A stretch of 63,999 nt of DNA, the filler included, from Planctomycetota bacterium (lineage in GTDB: Bacteria > Planctomycetota > Planctomycetia > JALXBF01): assembly GCA_026991575.1 (NCBI GenBank). It is 5 parts of 5 records of this genome, joined end to end, with 100 filler letters (N's around TTAATTAATTAA, not from the genome) between each part and the next. Parts side by side here need not be neighbours in the genome. Positions count along the whole stretch, not along the records: positions 24,436 to 48,729 come from JALXBF010000042.1; positions 48,830 to 55,753 come from JALXBF010000053.1; positions 55,854 to 62,222 come from JALXBF010000067.1; 2 more parts are not named here. The stretch is one strand, 5' to 3'. This document shows positions 45,337 through 55,959 of the stretch, piece after piece (position 1 is the first letter of the stretch; every line of letters starts with the position of its first letter). Below the pieces are notes generated by a model that worked only from the letters and a program-made list of their open reading frames with translations, made no database searches and had not been told where the DNA came from. The position numbers and the translations under genes were made by a program.

Positions 45337-47456
45337 CCGGCCCCCTGCGGCCCTGCATCGTCCAAGCAGCTGGCACTGGTGTCTCCTGCCCGATCGCCTT
45401 CCGCCGCATCGGCAGACGCCCCAGCAGCCGACACGCCCAACGCTTGAGCCAGCAGCCGCAGCGCCGGATCGGCTTCCTCGAAACGGTGATAGACGGTGCG
45501 GTGTGGGAACGGAATCTCGATTCCCAGCTCGTCAAAGCGACGCTTGATGCGTCGGTTCAGCTCCCGCTTGACTGCCCATTGCCGCAAAGGCTTCGTCTTG
45601 ATGTAGAACTTGATGCTGATCCCCGACGCGCGGAACTCGTCCACGCCAAGCATCTCCGGATCGTCCAGAATCAGCGGTCCGTAAACCGGATCGTCACGTA
45701 GCTCGCGTGCCAGGTCCATCAGGACTGCCATCACTCGGTCCAGATCCTCGTTGTAAGACACCTCAATGTCAAACAGGGCCCGCGACCAACCATGCGTCAT
45801 GTTGCTGACCGTGGCGATCTGACCGTTGGGCACGAAGTGCACCGTGCCGTCCAGACCACGGAGGATGGTCAAGCGGAGCGTCACCTTCTCGACGATACCG
45901 GCAATGTCACCGATCTTCACGACATCGTTAATGCCGTACTGGTTCTCCAACAGGATCACGAAACCAGAGAAGTAATCGCGCAGCAGGTTCTGAGCGGCAA
46001 ACGCAGCGGCCAGACCGGTGATTGCCGCACCGCCGAGCATCAACCGCAGGTTGACGCCCAACTCGGCAAGAATCAGCGCGACTGTCCCACCAAGGATGAT
46101 CAAGCCCGCCGCATGGCGGAAGAACCCTGTCAACGTCCGCGCCCGGTTCAGCCGTTCCTCCTCGTCTTCTTCCTCGCCCCGCGACGCCCGCAGGATCACG
46201 GCCGTCATCCGCCGCTCCGCCACCCGCACCAACCACCACAACAACAACGCACCGATCAGAATGCCCAGGATCCGCGGGCCATGTTCCCACAGCCAGTCCT
46301 TCAGACCCACCAACTGGACCAGTTTCGTGAACCAATATGCTTTCAGTTCCTGCTCCCGTAATCGAGCCTGTGCTTCCTCCAGTTCCTGCTGGAGCGCAAC
46401 CTCTTGCTGCTCCAGCTGAGCGACGACGTCGCGCAACTGCTGGATGCGATTTTCCTGTTCGCCGATGGCTTCCGATGCTTCCTTGACCTTAGCCTCGGCG
46501 GCGGAGAGTTGCTGAAGCTGGCGGTCGAGCTGCTGAAGGCGGGCCGGGTCCGTTTCGCCTGCGCGTTCGCCGATGCGTTTACGGAGCTCGGCCTGCAGCG
46601 CGATCAACGTGTCCAGTGCCGTGCGATGGCTCGTGCGCGCGACCTTCAGAGCTTGTTCTTCTTGACGCAGAGTGCGACGTGTCACGGCTAGGCGGCTGCG
46701 AACAAGTTTGAGCTGCTGCTTCAGGTCGTTGACACGCGCACGGAGCTCATCGACCGTTTCGGCCAGCTGGGCGGCAACTTGCTCTGTGGTGCCCAGCGTC
46801 GGCGAAGCTGCCGCTTCGCCTGACGCATCACCCTGCTGCTCAGCCGCACCCTGCTGCTGCGGTTCGCCGACCGTCTCGTCGGGTTCTGCCGCCTGAGAGC
46901 TGCTTGGTTCTGCTCGCTGAGCGGCTGCATCGTCCGACGCCGCAGGCGACGTCTTGCGGACGCCCTCTTGCTCGGGCAGCGCTTCGCCGGTCAGTTTCGC
47001 CAGGGCCGCCCGGTCCGCGGCGATCTTCTTCTTCAGGTTGGCAATACGTTCCTGCAGCAGCTTCCGGTTGCGGATCTCGGCATCGAAGCTGTCCTTGGCT
47101 AGCTGCCATTGTTTCTGGAGCTTTTCGAGCTGGGCGCGAAGTTTGGCTGCGTGGTCGCGATCGCCGGCTTCTTGGGCTGCCTCCAGTTGGCGTTGGAGCT
47201 CGGCGCGCTGCTCGTCAAGCTGCTGGAACAGCCGACTGGCTTTGTGGTAGCTGCTGTCAGGGTCCTGGAGCTGTTGTTGGAGCCGCGCCAGTAGAGCCTC
47301 GTCGTCGCGGATCGAACGGCGCAGCTGAGCGATCTGTTCCGCGATCGATTTCTGCCCGCCGGTGTCGGACTGTTGAGCCGTGCTGGGCACAGTCGGCCAC
47401 AGCACCCCGATGGATAGAGCCAAGGCGAGTGTTGGTAAGCAACGTGCGGCAGACAC
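45333..47456 (-). CDS. MscS-family mechanosensitive channel with long N-terminal exported coiled coil
   Basis: Signal peptide after GTG 47456 (GGAGGAGG RBS), long coiled coil, then [43 protein letters not shown]. Confidence 0.9.
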   Translation of the reverse strand: MSAARCLPTLALALSIGVLWPTVPSTAQQSDTGGQKSIAEQIAQLRRSIRDDEALLARLQQQLQDPDSSYHKASRLFQQLDEQRAELQRQLEAAQEAGDRDHAAKLRAQLEKLQKQWQLAKDSFDAEIRNRKLLQERIANLKKKIAADRAALAKLTGEALPEQEGVRKTSPAASDDAAAQRAEPSSSQAAEPDETVGEPQQQGAAEQQGDASGEAAASPTLGTTEQVAAQLAETVDELRARVNDLKQQLKLVRSRLAVTRRTLRQEEQALKVARTSHRTALDTLIALQAELRKRIGERAGETDPARLQQLDRQLQQLSAAEAKVKEASEAIGEQENRIQQLRDVVAQLEQQEVALQQELEEAQARLREQELKAYWFTKLVQLVGLKDWLWEHGPRILGILIGALLLWWLVRVAERRMTAVILRASRGEEEDEEERLNRARTLTGFFRHAAGLIILGGTVALILAELGVNLRLMLGGAAITGLAAAFAAQNLLRDYFSGFVILLENQYGINDVVKIGDIAGIVEKVTLRLTILRGLDGTVHFVPNGQIATVSNMTHGWSRALFDIEVSYNEDLDRVMAVLMDLARELRDDPVYGPLILDDPEMLGVDEFRASGISIKFYIKTKPLRQWAVKRELNRRIKRRFDELGIEIPFPHRTVYHRFEEADPALRLLAQALGVSAAGASADAAEGDRAGDTSASCLDDAGPQGAG

Positions 47457-47822
47457 GCCCGCACCTCCTCCCTTGCTGCCATTACCGCGCGCGGTCCGTG
47501 TGGCACGCAGCCGATGATAGCGAACTGACCGAAGAAGCGAAGACCATTCGCCAAGGACGATGCTATCCCTCCTGGTGGCTACCGCCACCGTAGCCGCGAT
47601 CGAGTTGCTCGCGCGGATTGGCCACTGGAAAGGATCCAGCCTGCGGTGCTCCCGGCGGAGCATCGGTTGGTGGAGGGATTGGTTGGCGAGCTGGCAGGCG
47701 GCAGCCGTAAGACCAGACCGACCGGAGGGCCCGCCGGCGCGCGGCCCCGGAGCTCACCCAGCCGCCTGCTACCCGCCTACCCTATGGCAGAAGGCCGCCG
47801 ATGGCCCGCACCAAATGGGGCC

Positions 47823-48164
47823 TCACTGAGCTGATCGCTTGCCGGCTTCCACCGCTTCGATGGCCTCCACAGCAAGCTCTAGCAGCGATTCCATCGGGCA
47901 CGGGCACTCGGCGTACGTTTCACGGTTCGGGCAGAACGTACACACCTCTCGATGGAGCGTTTCGCCGTAGGGCTCAAGCTGCTCGCTGTGGACCCGACGG
48001 ACAATTTCGACGATCTTGTCCAGGTGAAGCTCAATGCCGCAGTGCTTGCCGAGTGGCAGGCACGGTGGCCCACCTGGCGGCCTCTCCGAGCAAACGCTGC
48101 AAACCTTTTCACGCACCGCCCGCAGGTACTCTTGAAGCTCATCCCTCAGGTATGCCGCTTGCAT
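47823..48164 (-). CDS. Small Cys-rich protein with an internal repeat
   Basis: GGAGGA RBS; eight Cys (VCSVC, PC..HC, VCTFC, CPC). Confidence 0.75.
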   Translation of the reverse strand: MQAAYLRDELQEYLRAVREKVCSVCSERPPGGPPCLPLGKHCGIELHLDKIVEIVRRVHSEQLEPYGETLHREVCTFCPNRETYAECPCPMESLLELAVEAIEAVEAGKRSAQ

Positions 48165-48462
48165 GACTTGTCCTCCACCACATTGCGCGTTCCCGCTTTC
48201 CCGTCTACCCCTCCGGAGCTGCAAACGAGGTGCCGACCGTTATCACCGCCTGATACGTGGGCGAGCCCCTGGCAGCTGCTTGAGCCGCCGATCGAACGGC
48301 ACAGCCGGTCAGGACCGTGCGGCTGGGCACACCCCGCGCGGTACCGCGCGACGGTGCGGCTGCAGTGGGGCAGTACTCCGCGGCCGGCGGTGCCTACGGG
48401 CGTGTTCGCCGGCGCGGCCAACCTGCGTGGGCTCAGCTGAGCGGGAGTTCAGCGGCAGTGCG

Positions 48463-48729
48463 CTACAGCACGTCGGTGAAGCCTGGCACCGCATGTGGGT
48501 AACTGCCATCGGGCCGTGGCTTGACGGGTGGATCGGCATCCCAGGCGTACCGCTCCGGCGCGAGTTTGCGGTCCGAGCGAATGGCGTCCTCCCAGCGAAT
48601 CAGCTTTCCGCTGTGCGTTGCCATGCGGCCAAGGATCGCCGCCATGGTGCTGAGCGCAAACAAGCGCCCGTGATTGATGCTGGTGCCGCCACGGACGGCC
48701 GCGAACATCTCGCGGAACGTGATCAGCTC
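48463..48729 (-). CDS. C-terminal fragment of a probable Gfo/Idh/MocA oxidoreductase (5' cut by contig end)
   Basis: Open from the contig edge; STMAAILGRMATHSGK..W..A..S...LAP..Y.WDA.PPV.P..DG.Y..AVPG resembles, from memory, planctomycete Gfo C-termini. Confidence 0.6.
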   Translation of the reverse strand, partial: ELITFREMFAAVRGGTSINHGRLFALSTMAAILGRMATHSGKLIRWEDAIRSDRKLAPERYAWDADPPVKPRPDGSYPHAVPGFTDVL

Positions 48730-48829
48730 NNNNNNNNNNNNNNNNNNNNNNNNNNNNNNNNNNNNNNNNNNNNTTAATTAATTAANNNNNNNNNNNNNNN
48801 NNNNNNNNNNNNNNNNNNNNNNNNNNNNN
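48730..48829. other. Artificial contig-joining spacer
   Basis: 44 N + TTAATTAATTAA + 44 N. Confidence 0.99.
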
Positions 48830-49268
48830 GGGGGTGCCCCCGCCGGCCCCGGTATACGGGCACTGTCAGGTCGCTGCCGAGCTGGCGGTAGGCATTGATC
48901 AGGTTAAGCACGTTTGCGCGGCGAATGCCTGCGCAATCGCCCGGGGCGATCACCAGCGCATCGTGCGACACCAGGGTGCGGTGCTGTTCCAGGAAGCGGA
49001 CACCGCACTCGACGGTCGCGCGCATGTCCCGTGTGCCAACGGTGCGCACGATCGTCACTGGCCTGTCGGCGAGAACGTCGGCAACGTCGCTGGCATCTCG
49101 GCGGATGACAACCAACGTCTCACTCACGTCAGCGAGCGACGTCAGGCAGTCGATGACGTGGCAGATCAGCGGCTTGCCCCACAACGGCAGAACCAGCTTG
49201 TTTGTCCCCATGCGGCGGGACAAGCCGGCGGCGGGAACCAGGCCAACGAAGCGAACCGCGTCGGTCAT
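48830..49268 (-). CDS. MobA/MocA-like nucleotidyltransferase (3' truncated)
   Basis: PAAGLSRRMGTNKLVL, PGD, PVYRGRRGHP; ATGA overlap with the xdhC stop suggests a MocA role. Confidence 0.85.
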
Positions 49269-50359
49269 CGCACGACAGCCTTGGCAGGGGAACGCTGGGG
49301 AGCGTCCGCGGCGCGCCGCAGATGTTTGTTCCGGCACGCGACCAGTTCGGCTACGATCGACAGGGCAATCTCCGGCACGGTCTGCGAACCGATGTCCAGG
49401 CCAATCGGGGCATGGACGCGGCTCAGTGCCTCTGGATCGACACCGGCGGCGATCAGGTCTTCGAAGATGAGCCGCACCTTGCGCTTCGAACCGATCATCC
49501 CAATGTAGCCGGCCGGTCGTCCGACGACCGCGTGCAGAGCGGCCTCGTCGTGCGTGTGGCCGCGGGTGACGATCACCACGTACGTGTGCTCGTCCAGCTC
49601 GATCTCACGCAGGCTGCTGGCAATGTCGCCGACGATGATCCGAGTGGCCGTGGGGAACCGGTCAGGACTAGCGTAATCCGCGCGATCATCGATGACCCAG
49701 ACCTCAAAGTCCACCTCTGCTGCCAATCGAGCGACCGCCTTGCCCACGTGACCGGCACCGGCAATGACCAGCCTGCACCGCGGCGGATGGGGCAGATAGG
49801 AGACTCCCGCCACCGTGTACGGCTTGGGGCGCTGGTGTAGTGGTCTTACGGCCTCAGCCACCTTTGCCACGTCACCCCGAAAACGCAGTGCGGTCACAAA
49901 GGTCCCGGATGCGTCGAACAGCAAACGGCTGCCGACCGAACCGCCGTCGATCGCTTCGTCGGCCAGTACCACCGCCTCGGTCAGTCCCGTGCCCGCTTCG
50001 TGCCGTTGAAGCAGGGCGGAGAAATAGCGTAGCTGCTCATCCGACCCGATCCGCTCGGCTAGGATTCGCATGCGACCGCCGCAGATTAGACCGTCGTCCC
50101 AGCCGTAGTCGTCGTCGAGATGAAACTGGAACAGCTGCACGGCAGGGCCGGTTCCGGCAAGCATGGCCAGTGATTGCCGCCTTACCTCCGCCTCGACGCA
50201 ACCTCCGCCAAGCGTGCCGATCTGGCCGCCAGCTGGCAGCACAAGCAAAGCCGCGCCTGGCTTCTGAGGTGTCGAACCTCGCGTCTCGACAACCGAGCAG
50301 TAGACGACGGGTGTACCTTGGTGGGCCAACTCGATCAGGCGGCGAAGCACCTCAACCAT
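49265..50359 (-). CDS. xdhC: XdhC/CoxI family molybdoenzyme maturation factor
   Basis: GSTPQKPGA, GTLGGGCVE, GLICGG, GAGHV, TRGHTHD, YIGMIGS, PIGLDIGSQTVPEIALSI. Confidence 0.92.
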   Translation of the reverse strand: MVEVLRRLIELAHQGTPVVYCSVVETRGSTPQKPGAALLVLPAGGQIGTLGGGCVEAEVRRQSLAMLAGTGPAVQLFQFHLDDDYGWDDGLICGGRMRILAERIGSDEQLRYFSALLQRHEAGTGLTEAVVLADEAIDGGSVGSRLLFDASGTFVTALRFRGDVAKVAEAVRPLHQRPKPYTVAGVSYLPHPPRCRLVIAGAGHVGKAVARLAAEVDFEVWVIDDRADYASPDRFPTATRIIVGDIASSLREIELDEHTYVVIVTRGHTHDEAALHAVVGRPAGYIGMIGSKRKVRLIFEDLIAAGVDPEALSRVHAPIGLDIGSQTVPEIALSIVAELVACRNKHLRRAADAPQRSPAKAVVR

Positions 50360-50609
50360 ACTACCCTCCACGGCAAGCACGGCGGGCTAGCCCATTGTAA
50401 CCGGCCGCTCTCTTGCCAGAGACTCGTTCCGGGGCTTCTCCGGTCAGCGCTGCCACGGGGTTCCGACTCTGACAGTGGCCTGGAGCAGGTACCACCGTTA
50501 ACGCAATGCAGGCTCTGCGCAAGATGCAACGATAGGTCGCTCAATTGAAAAGTGGCCCGAACACGACTATGCTATCCTCTCGAAGCCCGTCTGGAACGGA
50601 GGGTAGTCG

Positions 50610-52760
50610 TTGGGGAGCCAGACACGGCAATCAATACCGCTTCGACTTGCCGCCCGTCGGCACTATGTTGCAGTCGCCGTTGGTGCCATTCTCCTGTCTG
50701 TGGCCGTCCTGGTACCCGGTCTGACGGTGCGGACCGCGGCAGCATCCGAGAGGGTCCAGATCGAAGCGGTCGCGCTGGCACCATCGGAGACCGTACCAGT
50801 CGGCGTCCCCGGCCACTGGTGGGAGGTCCGCGTGTTGTACGGAGCGGTTACGGGCGACGTGGACGGGCAGCTGCAAATCGCGGTGCACCGCTCAGGAAGA
50901 GCCCCGCTGTTGGTAAGCCGGCCGGTGAGCCTGTTGCGCAGGCAGACCGGAACCCTGCGCAGCCCGGTCTTCTACCCAGCGGCGCGCGGGCTGGGTAGGG
51001 TGCTGACCGTCTCCATCCGGGATCACCACGACCGGCTTGTTGCCCAAGACCATGCGATCGTCACAGGAGAAGGCACCTCGGTCATTGCCCTGGTTGGTAG
51101 TCGAGCGTTTCCGTTCGACTCGTTAGGTAAGGCCCGGGCGCACGCGGCTGCTCTGAGAACGTTCTCGCTCGGATTGCAAACCCGATCCACACCGCTTCCC
51201 AGTGGCAGCATGCAGACGCTGGCCGCCAGGACGGTGCGCAGGAGCCAAGTGTCGGCCGTGCCGCTGCCTCACCATCCGGGCTGCTGGTCTGGCATCAGTC
51301 ACGTCGTGATCGAGCCACACCTGCTTGATTCACTCGGACCCGACCAGACGGATGGGCTGCTGATGTGGCTTCACTGGGGGGGCACATTGATCCTCTCGGG
51401 CGGTCCCGAGGTGACACCTCAGTTGTCGCAGCTGCTCGACCGTTACCGCCCCGCCGCCTCGCGAAAGCTGGCGAAGTTTACGCTATCCGTGGGCCAGCCG
51501 TCAGCGGACGCCGACGGTCGACCGAAAGTGGTGTTGCTGGGACGAGTGCTCGAACCGGGCGCTCTGGCGACCGTTCTGCTTCGCGATGCTAGCGGTCAAC
51601 CGATTGCGGTGCAGCGCCGTGTGGGCAGAGGCAGGCTCGTAGAGGTTGCTTTCGACCTGTCCGATCCGGCGTTACGTGATTACAGCGGGATTGCGGAGTT
51701 GTGGGTTCGCTTGCTTCTTGGGCCGGGGGTCAGCCCGGATGAACAGGTCTCGGTCGAGCGAGCTTCCCGGGTTCGCTACGTCGGACGGGATCCTGGCAGC
51801 GGGGGCCGCCGCAGTTCACCGGCGGCGCTGGCTCCGGGCGGTCCGCTCGACGAGCTGATCCGCAGGACGCTCTATCAGGCCGTTGCTGGACGCGGCGCGG
51901 TAGTCCGCACGCTCGTGGCCGCAGTGCTCGGTCTGTACGTCGGCTTGACGGTGCTGGTCCATGTTCTGGCACAGACTCGTCGGCGGCTGTGGAACTGGGG
52001 CCTGATTCCGGTACTAAGCTTGGTGACGGCAGCCGGACTCGTTGCCGCTGGTCTTGGTGTCGGTGGAGCCCGGGGTGAGCTCGTGGTTGTGGAAACGTTT
52101 CCGGATCTGCCTGCGGTCCAGCTGACCCGGCACATCCAGCTGCTAACGGCTCGCCGTACCGAAGTCGACATCACGTTCCGCAACCGCTGGGCTCTGCCCC
52201 TGGCGTGGGACGTGGAGCGGGAGCCAGGTGTGGTCCAGGCTTTACCGGGGTTGGCTGCCGCACGGATCAGGTTTCGGCCTACTCGACTGGACGGGGTCGT
52301 GTGTTATCCGCGGGCACCGAGGCACCTGAGAGTAGAGGAGTACGCGTTTCCGGCAGCCCCGTATTTCGTCTTCTCTCAGGAGCGTGGGCTACGAGCGAGC
52401 GGGGGCTTGGTCAACCAGTCTCCCTGGGATCTGCGGGACGTCGTCCTGCGTGAGCCCAATCGGGTGTGCTGGCTGACGGAGCGCTGGAAACGGGGGGAAA
52501 TCTTAGAGCTGGAGTGCCAACAACCAGGATGGCCGAACGAGGAAAGAGCGCTCGCCGGACTGGCGGCGCGCGTGGGCGATACCCGCATCGGACCGTTTTA
52601 CCAGTTGCTTCTGGCAAGTGACCGAGCTGGCGATCGCTTCCTGGTGGCATGGGCCGAAGGGACGCCCGAGGGGGTGCAGTACTCGGTCGCGCTGTCTGAG
52701 CGGTTTGCGCGGACCATCGTCGTACTACCCCTGGCCGAACGGAAACAGAAGCGACCATGA
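50610..52760 (+). CDS. Large membrane-anchored protein associated with the ABC-2 exporter
   Basis: GGAGGGT RBS, N-terminal hydrophobic segment, WLHWGGTLILSGG and GRGR motifs, two internal TM helices; ATGA overlap with the ATPase gene. Confidence 0.7.
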   Translation: MGSQTRQSIPLRLAARRHYVAVAVGAILLSVAVLVPGLTVRTAAASERVQIEAVALAPSETVPVGVPGHWWEVRVLYGAVTGDVDGQLQIAVHRSGRAPLLVSRPVSLLRRQTGTLRSPVFYPAARGLGRVLTVSIRDHHDRLVAQDHAIVTGEGTSVIALVGSRAFPFDSLGKARAHAAALRTFSLGLQTRSTPLPSGSMQTLAARTVRRSQVSAVPLPHHPGCWSGISHVVIEPHLLDSLGPDQTDGLLMWLHWGGTLILSGGPEVTPQLSQLLDRYRPAASRKLAKFTLSVGQPSADADGRPKVVLLGRVLEPGALATVLLRDASGQPIAVQRRVGRGRLVEVAFDLSDPALRDYSGIAELWVRLLLGPGVSPDEQVSVERASRVRYVGRDPGSGGRRSSPAALAPGGPLDELIRRTLYQAVAGRGAVVRTLVAAVLGLYVGLTVLVHVLAQTRRRLWNWGLIPVLSLVTAAGLVAAGLGVGGARGELVVVETFPDLPAVQLTRHIQLLTARRTEVDITFRNRWALPLAWDVEREPGVVQALPGLAAARIRFRPTRLDGVVCYPRAPRHLRVEEYAFPAAPYFVFSQERGLRASGGLVNQSPWDLRDVVLREPNRVCWLTERWKRGEILELECQQPGWPNEERALAGLAARVGDTRIGPFYQLLLASDRAGDRFLVAWAEGTPEGVQYSVALSERFARTIVVLPLAERKQKRP

Positions 52761-53776
52761 ATGAGCTGGCGCGTGGTTCATTGTCTGCGGCGGAGCCTGG
52801 AGCGACCCTCGAGGCGACGGCCGGGCATGCGGCTGGTCAGTGCGCGGTCGCGGTCGAGGGGCTGGTCAAGGAGTTCGGGAAGTTGCGCGCGGTGGACAAT
52901 CTGACGCTGCACGTGCCGCCGGGCCTGATCTACGGCGTGATCGGACCGAACGGTGCCGGAAAGACGACCACGTTTCGGTTCCTGGCGACGTTGCTGCGGC
53001 CCACGGCAGGACGTGGTTATGTCCACGGGGTGAGTATTGTGGCTGAGCCGCTGGAAGTGCGCCGCCTGGTCGGTTACATGCCCGAAGACTTCGGGCTGTA
53101 TGACGGGATGAAGGTGTGGGAGTTTCTGGACTTCTTCGCCGCAGCGTACGGAGTGCCACGGAAGGTGCGGCAGCGGGTGATCGAAGACGTAGTTGAGCTG
53201 CTGGATCTGACGGGCAAGTGGAACGACTTCGTTAACGGCCTATCACGGGGGATGCGGCAACGCCTGGCATTGGCCCGCGCACTGCTGCACGATCCGCGCG
53301 TTCTGGTCCTGGATGAGCCGGCCTCAGGACTGGACCCGCGTGCCCGGCTGGAGATCAAGGAGTTGATCCGTGAGCTCAAGCGGATGGGAAAGACCGTGGT
53401 GATTTCCAGCCACATTCTGGCCGAGCTCGCGGACCTGTGTGACATGGTGGCGGTGCTGGAGCGCGGTCGGTTGGTGATCGCCGGGACTTTGGACGAGCTC
53501 CGCAGGCAATTGCAGAAGCACCGGCTTGTGGACGTTGTTCTGATCGATGACCAGGACGCGGAGCGTGCCGAGCGGTGCTTGCGCGGCCATGGGGCGGTGC
53601 TGCAGGTGACCCGCAGCGGTCGCTCGCTGCTGTTGGAGGCTGCAGGGGACGATGCCGTACTGGCTGAGCTGCTCCACCGGCTGATTGCAGACGGCGTAAC
53701 TGTCGTCCGGTTTGCCGAGCGGGAGTTGACGCTGGAGGAGATCTTCATGCGGGTAACGCAGGGAATTGTGGCGTGA
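52757..53776 (+). CDS. ABC-2 type transporter ATP-binding protein
   Basis: GPNGAGKTT, LSRGMRQR, LVLDEPASGLDP, SSHIL. Confidence 0.95.
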   Translation: MNELARGSLSAAEPGATLEATAGHAAGQCAVAVEGLVKEFGKLRAVDNLTLHVPPGLIYGVIGPNGAGKTTTFRFLATLLRPTAGRGYVHGVSIVAEPLEVRRLVGYMPEDFGLYDGMKVWEFLDFFAAAYGVPRKVRQRVIEDVVELLDLTGKWNDFVNGLSRGMRQRLALARALLHDPRVLVLDEPASGLDPRARLEIKELIRELKRMGKTVVISSHILAELADLCDMVAVLERGRLVIAGTLDELRRQLQKHRLVDVVLIDDQDAERAERCLRGHGAVLQVTRSGRSLLLEAAGDDAVLAELLHRLIADGVTVVRFAERELTLEEIFMRVTQGIVA

Positions 53777-53785
53777 GCGGAGCCG

Positions 53786-55408
53786 ATGGCACGGCGTTGG
53801 CCCTGGCAGGACAACCCGATTCTCAAGCACGAGCTCATCGTGCGGCTCCGCGCGTGGGACGCGGTGTGCTTGCACGGGCTGTTCGTGATCGTCTGCGCGG
53901 GGGTCGTGCTCTATCTGTGGCCGCCCACGACGGTCTCCCCGCTCCGTGCCGCCGCGCGGGCCCAGGCTCTACGGGCTGTGCTTGTGGTCACCCAGTTCTT
54001 GCTCGCTGCGATCGTCGCAAGCGTCATTGCCGCCCCGCTGATTGCTCGCGAGAAGGAGCAACGCACATACGTGCTGCTACTGTCCACGCCACTGGAACCC
54101 GCCACGCTCATCTTTGGCAAACTGGCCGTCGCGCTGGCCTATGTGCTGCTGCTTCAGCTTTCGGTGTTGCCAGTGCTGGTGACACTGAGCTACCTGGGGG
54201 GCGTAGACTGGCAGCAGCTGGTGGGCGACGTTCTTCTGCTGATGTCCGCGTCGATTGTGTTCGCAACGCTGCAGTTTGCCGCAAGCATGCGCCAGCGGCG
54301 CGTGCTGGCCGCTCAGGTGTTCGGCGCCGGGGTGGTGCTGGCCGTCAGCGCCTTGCTCGTGCTGCCGCTGCTATGGCGGTTCGATCGGCTCGGCGCCGCA
54401 TACTATCCCGCTATGCGCCGGATCGGGCAATGGACCGTGCCAGCGTTCGGTCTGCTGGCGCTGATCTGCGTTGCTGCGATCTATGTGGCGTATCGGCAGC
54501 GTCTCCTGCACCCGCCTGACGAGGACGTGACCGCACCGCTAGCCGATGGAACGCGCCCGAAGAAACGCCCCGTGGGGCTCGTGCTCGATCAGCGCCGATG
54601 GCCCGATCGCTGGCTGGTGCCGCCGCGGCGGCAGAGCTATCTTCCCGATGGGGTGAACCCGGTGCTTGATCGGGAGCTGAGGGCAGAACTGTTTTCGCAA
54701 GGCACTTCCATGCTGCGCGCCCTGATCCAGGTCAGTGCTGCGGTCTCCGTTGTGCTCATGGGAGTGTGCCTGGAGCTCGTTCCGAAGCTAGCGTACGTCT
54801 ACTGCTGGTTTCTGCTGTCATTCGCCGTTCTCATCACGCCGGCATTTGCCGGCGGCGCGATAGCCGGCGAGCGAGAACGGGGCACATTCGACCTGTTGCG
54901 GTGCACGTTGCTGAAGCCGCATCATGTGCTGTTCGGCAAAATGTACGTGGCCGTGCGAACGGTGCTTGCTTTGATGCTGCTGGTAAGCGTCGTGCAGGTT
55001 GCCTTGCCCACCGTTCTTGTGGCCCTGCCGCTTAAGTTGAACTACGGTGGGTTCTTGGTCGCGTTGCTGGTCGTCTACATCCAGGTGCCGGTTATCGTCA
55101 GCGTGGCGTTCCTGTGGTCGGTGCTCCTGCCCAGGGCTGCCTGGGCCACGCTGGCGACGTACCTGACCGTGGTCGTCGCGTACGCGGGCATCGAGTGGGC
55201 AGCGCAGGGACTACCGCCCGACGCACTGCCGTCCCGGATCGCCCCGTTCCGCGTTGCTTACGCGCTGATCCTCGGCGGAGGGGGTGTCGAGTTGTCGGAG
55301 CTGGCACGATATGCCCTGACGAATCTCGCTGCATGGGGGACGCTCGGTGCGCTAAGCACAGGCTGTGCGTACGCGCTATTTGGACGGCACTGGTACGACG
55401 GCTGGTAA
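53786..55408 (+). CDS. ABC-2 type permease with two tandem permease domains
   Basis: Duplicated NP.L..EL and IA.E(K/R)E..T..LL..T.L.P...(I/L)FGK motifs. Confidence 0.88.
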   Translation: MARRWPWQDNPILKHELIVRLRAWDAVCLHGLFVIVCAGVVLYLWPPTTVSPLRAAARAQALRAVLVVTQFLLAAIVASVIAAPLIAREKEQRTYVLLLSTPLEPATLIFGKLAVALAYVLLLQLSVLPVLVTLSYLGGVDWQQLVGDVLLLMSASIVFATLQFAASMRQRRVLAAQVFGAGVVLAVSALLVLPLLWRFDRLGAAYYPAMRRIGQWTVPAFGLLALICVAAIYVAYRQRLLHPPDEDVTAPLADGTRPKKRPVGLVLDQRRWPDRWLVPPRRQSYLPDGVNPVLDRELRAELFSQGTSMLRALIQVSAAVSVVLMGVCLELVPKLAYVYCWFLLSFAVLITPAFAGGAIAGERERGTFDLLRCTLLKPHHVLFGKMYVAVRTVLALMLLVSVVQVALPTVLVALPLKLNYGGFLVALLVVYIQVPVIVSVAFLWSVLLPRAAWATLATYLTVVVAYAGIEWAAQGLPPDALPSRIAPFRVAYALILGGGGVELSELARYALTNLAAWGTLGALSTGCAYALFGRHWYDGW

Positions 55409-55425
55409 GCAGGAGAGGGTGTCTC

Positions 55426-55753
55426 TCAGAGCGACAGCAGCACGTCGCGCGCCAGGGCGCGTAGGCGGGGATTGTCGGTGGAGCGGGCGAGCCGTTCGAT
55501 GGCCGTGCGCAGCTGCGGATCGTCGGGCTTGGCCTTCTTGAGCCCTACCTTCACAGCGTTCAGGGCTTGCTCAGTGATGTACTGTTTCGTCGCTTCGCCA
55601 TCCGATCGCGCAGGAGCGACCGGCTCGGTCAACATTTCCACCAGCACGGCGATCCCGGTGAAGTCGCCGTTGCGCGCCAGACCGGCCGCGGCGTTGTACC
55701 GCGTCTCACGGTCGCTGTCACGAAGCAGGGTCCGCAGCTTCTCGAGAGCCTTC
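55426..55753 (-). CDS. HEAT-repeat protein, C-terminal fragment (5' cut by contig end)
   Basis: KALEKLRTLLRDSDRETRYNAAAGLARNGD HEAT-like repeat, open from the contig edge. Confidence 0.7.
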
Positions 55754-55853
55754 NNNNNNNNNNNNNNNNNNNNNNNNNNNNNNNNNNNNNNNNNNNNTTA
55801 ATTAATTAANNNNNNNNNNNNNNNNNNNNNNNNNNNNNNNNNNNNNNNNNNNN
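55754..55853. other. Artificial contig-joining spacer
   Basis: 44 N + TTAATTAATTAA + 44 N. Confidence 0.99.
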
Positions 55854-55959
55854 CAGGGGCGTCGCATCGAGCGCAACAATGGCACAGGGGCCGCGTTGAG
55901 CTGATCGGGAAACAAACAGGGCAACGGTAGCTGGATGCAAGGTGCAGAGGGCGCTAACG

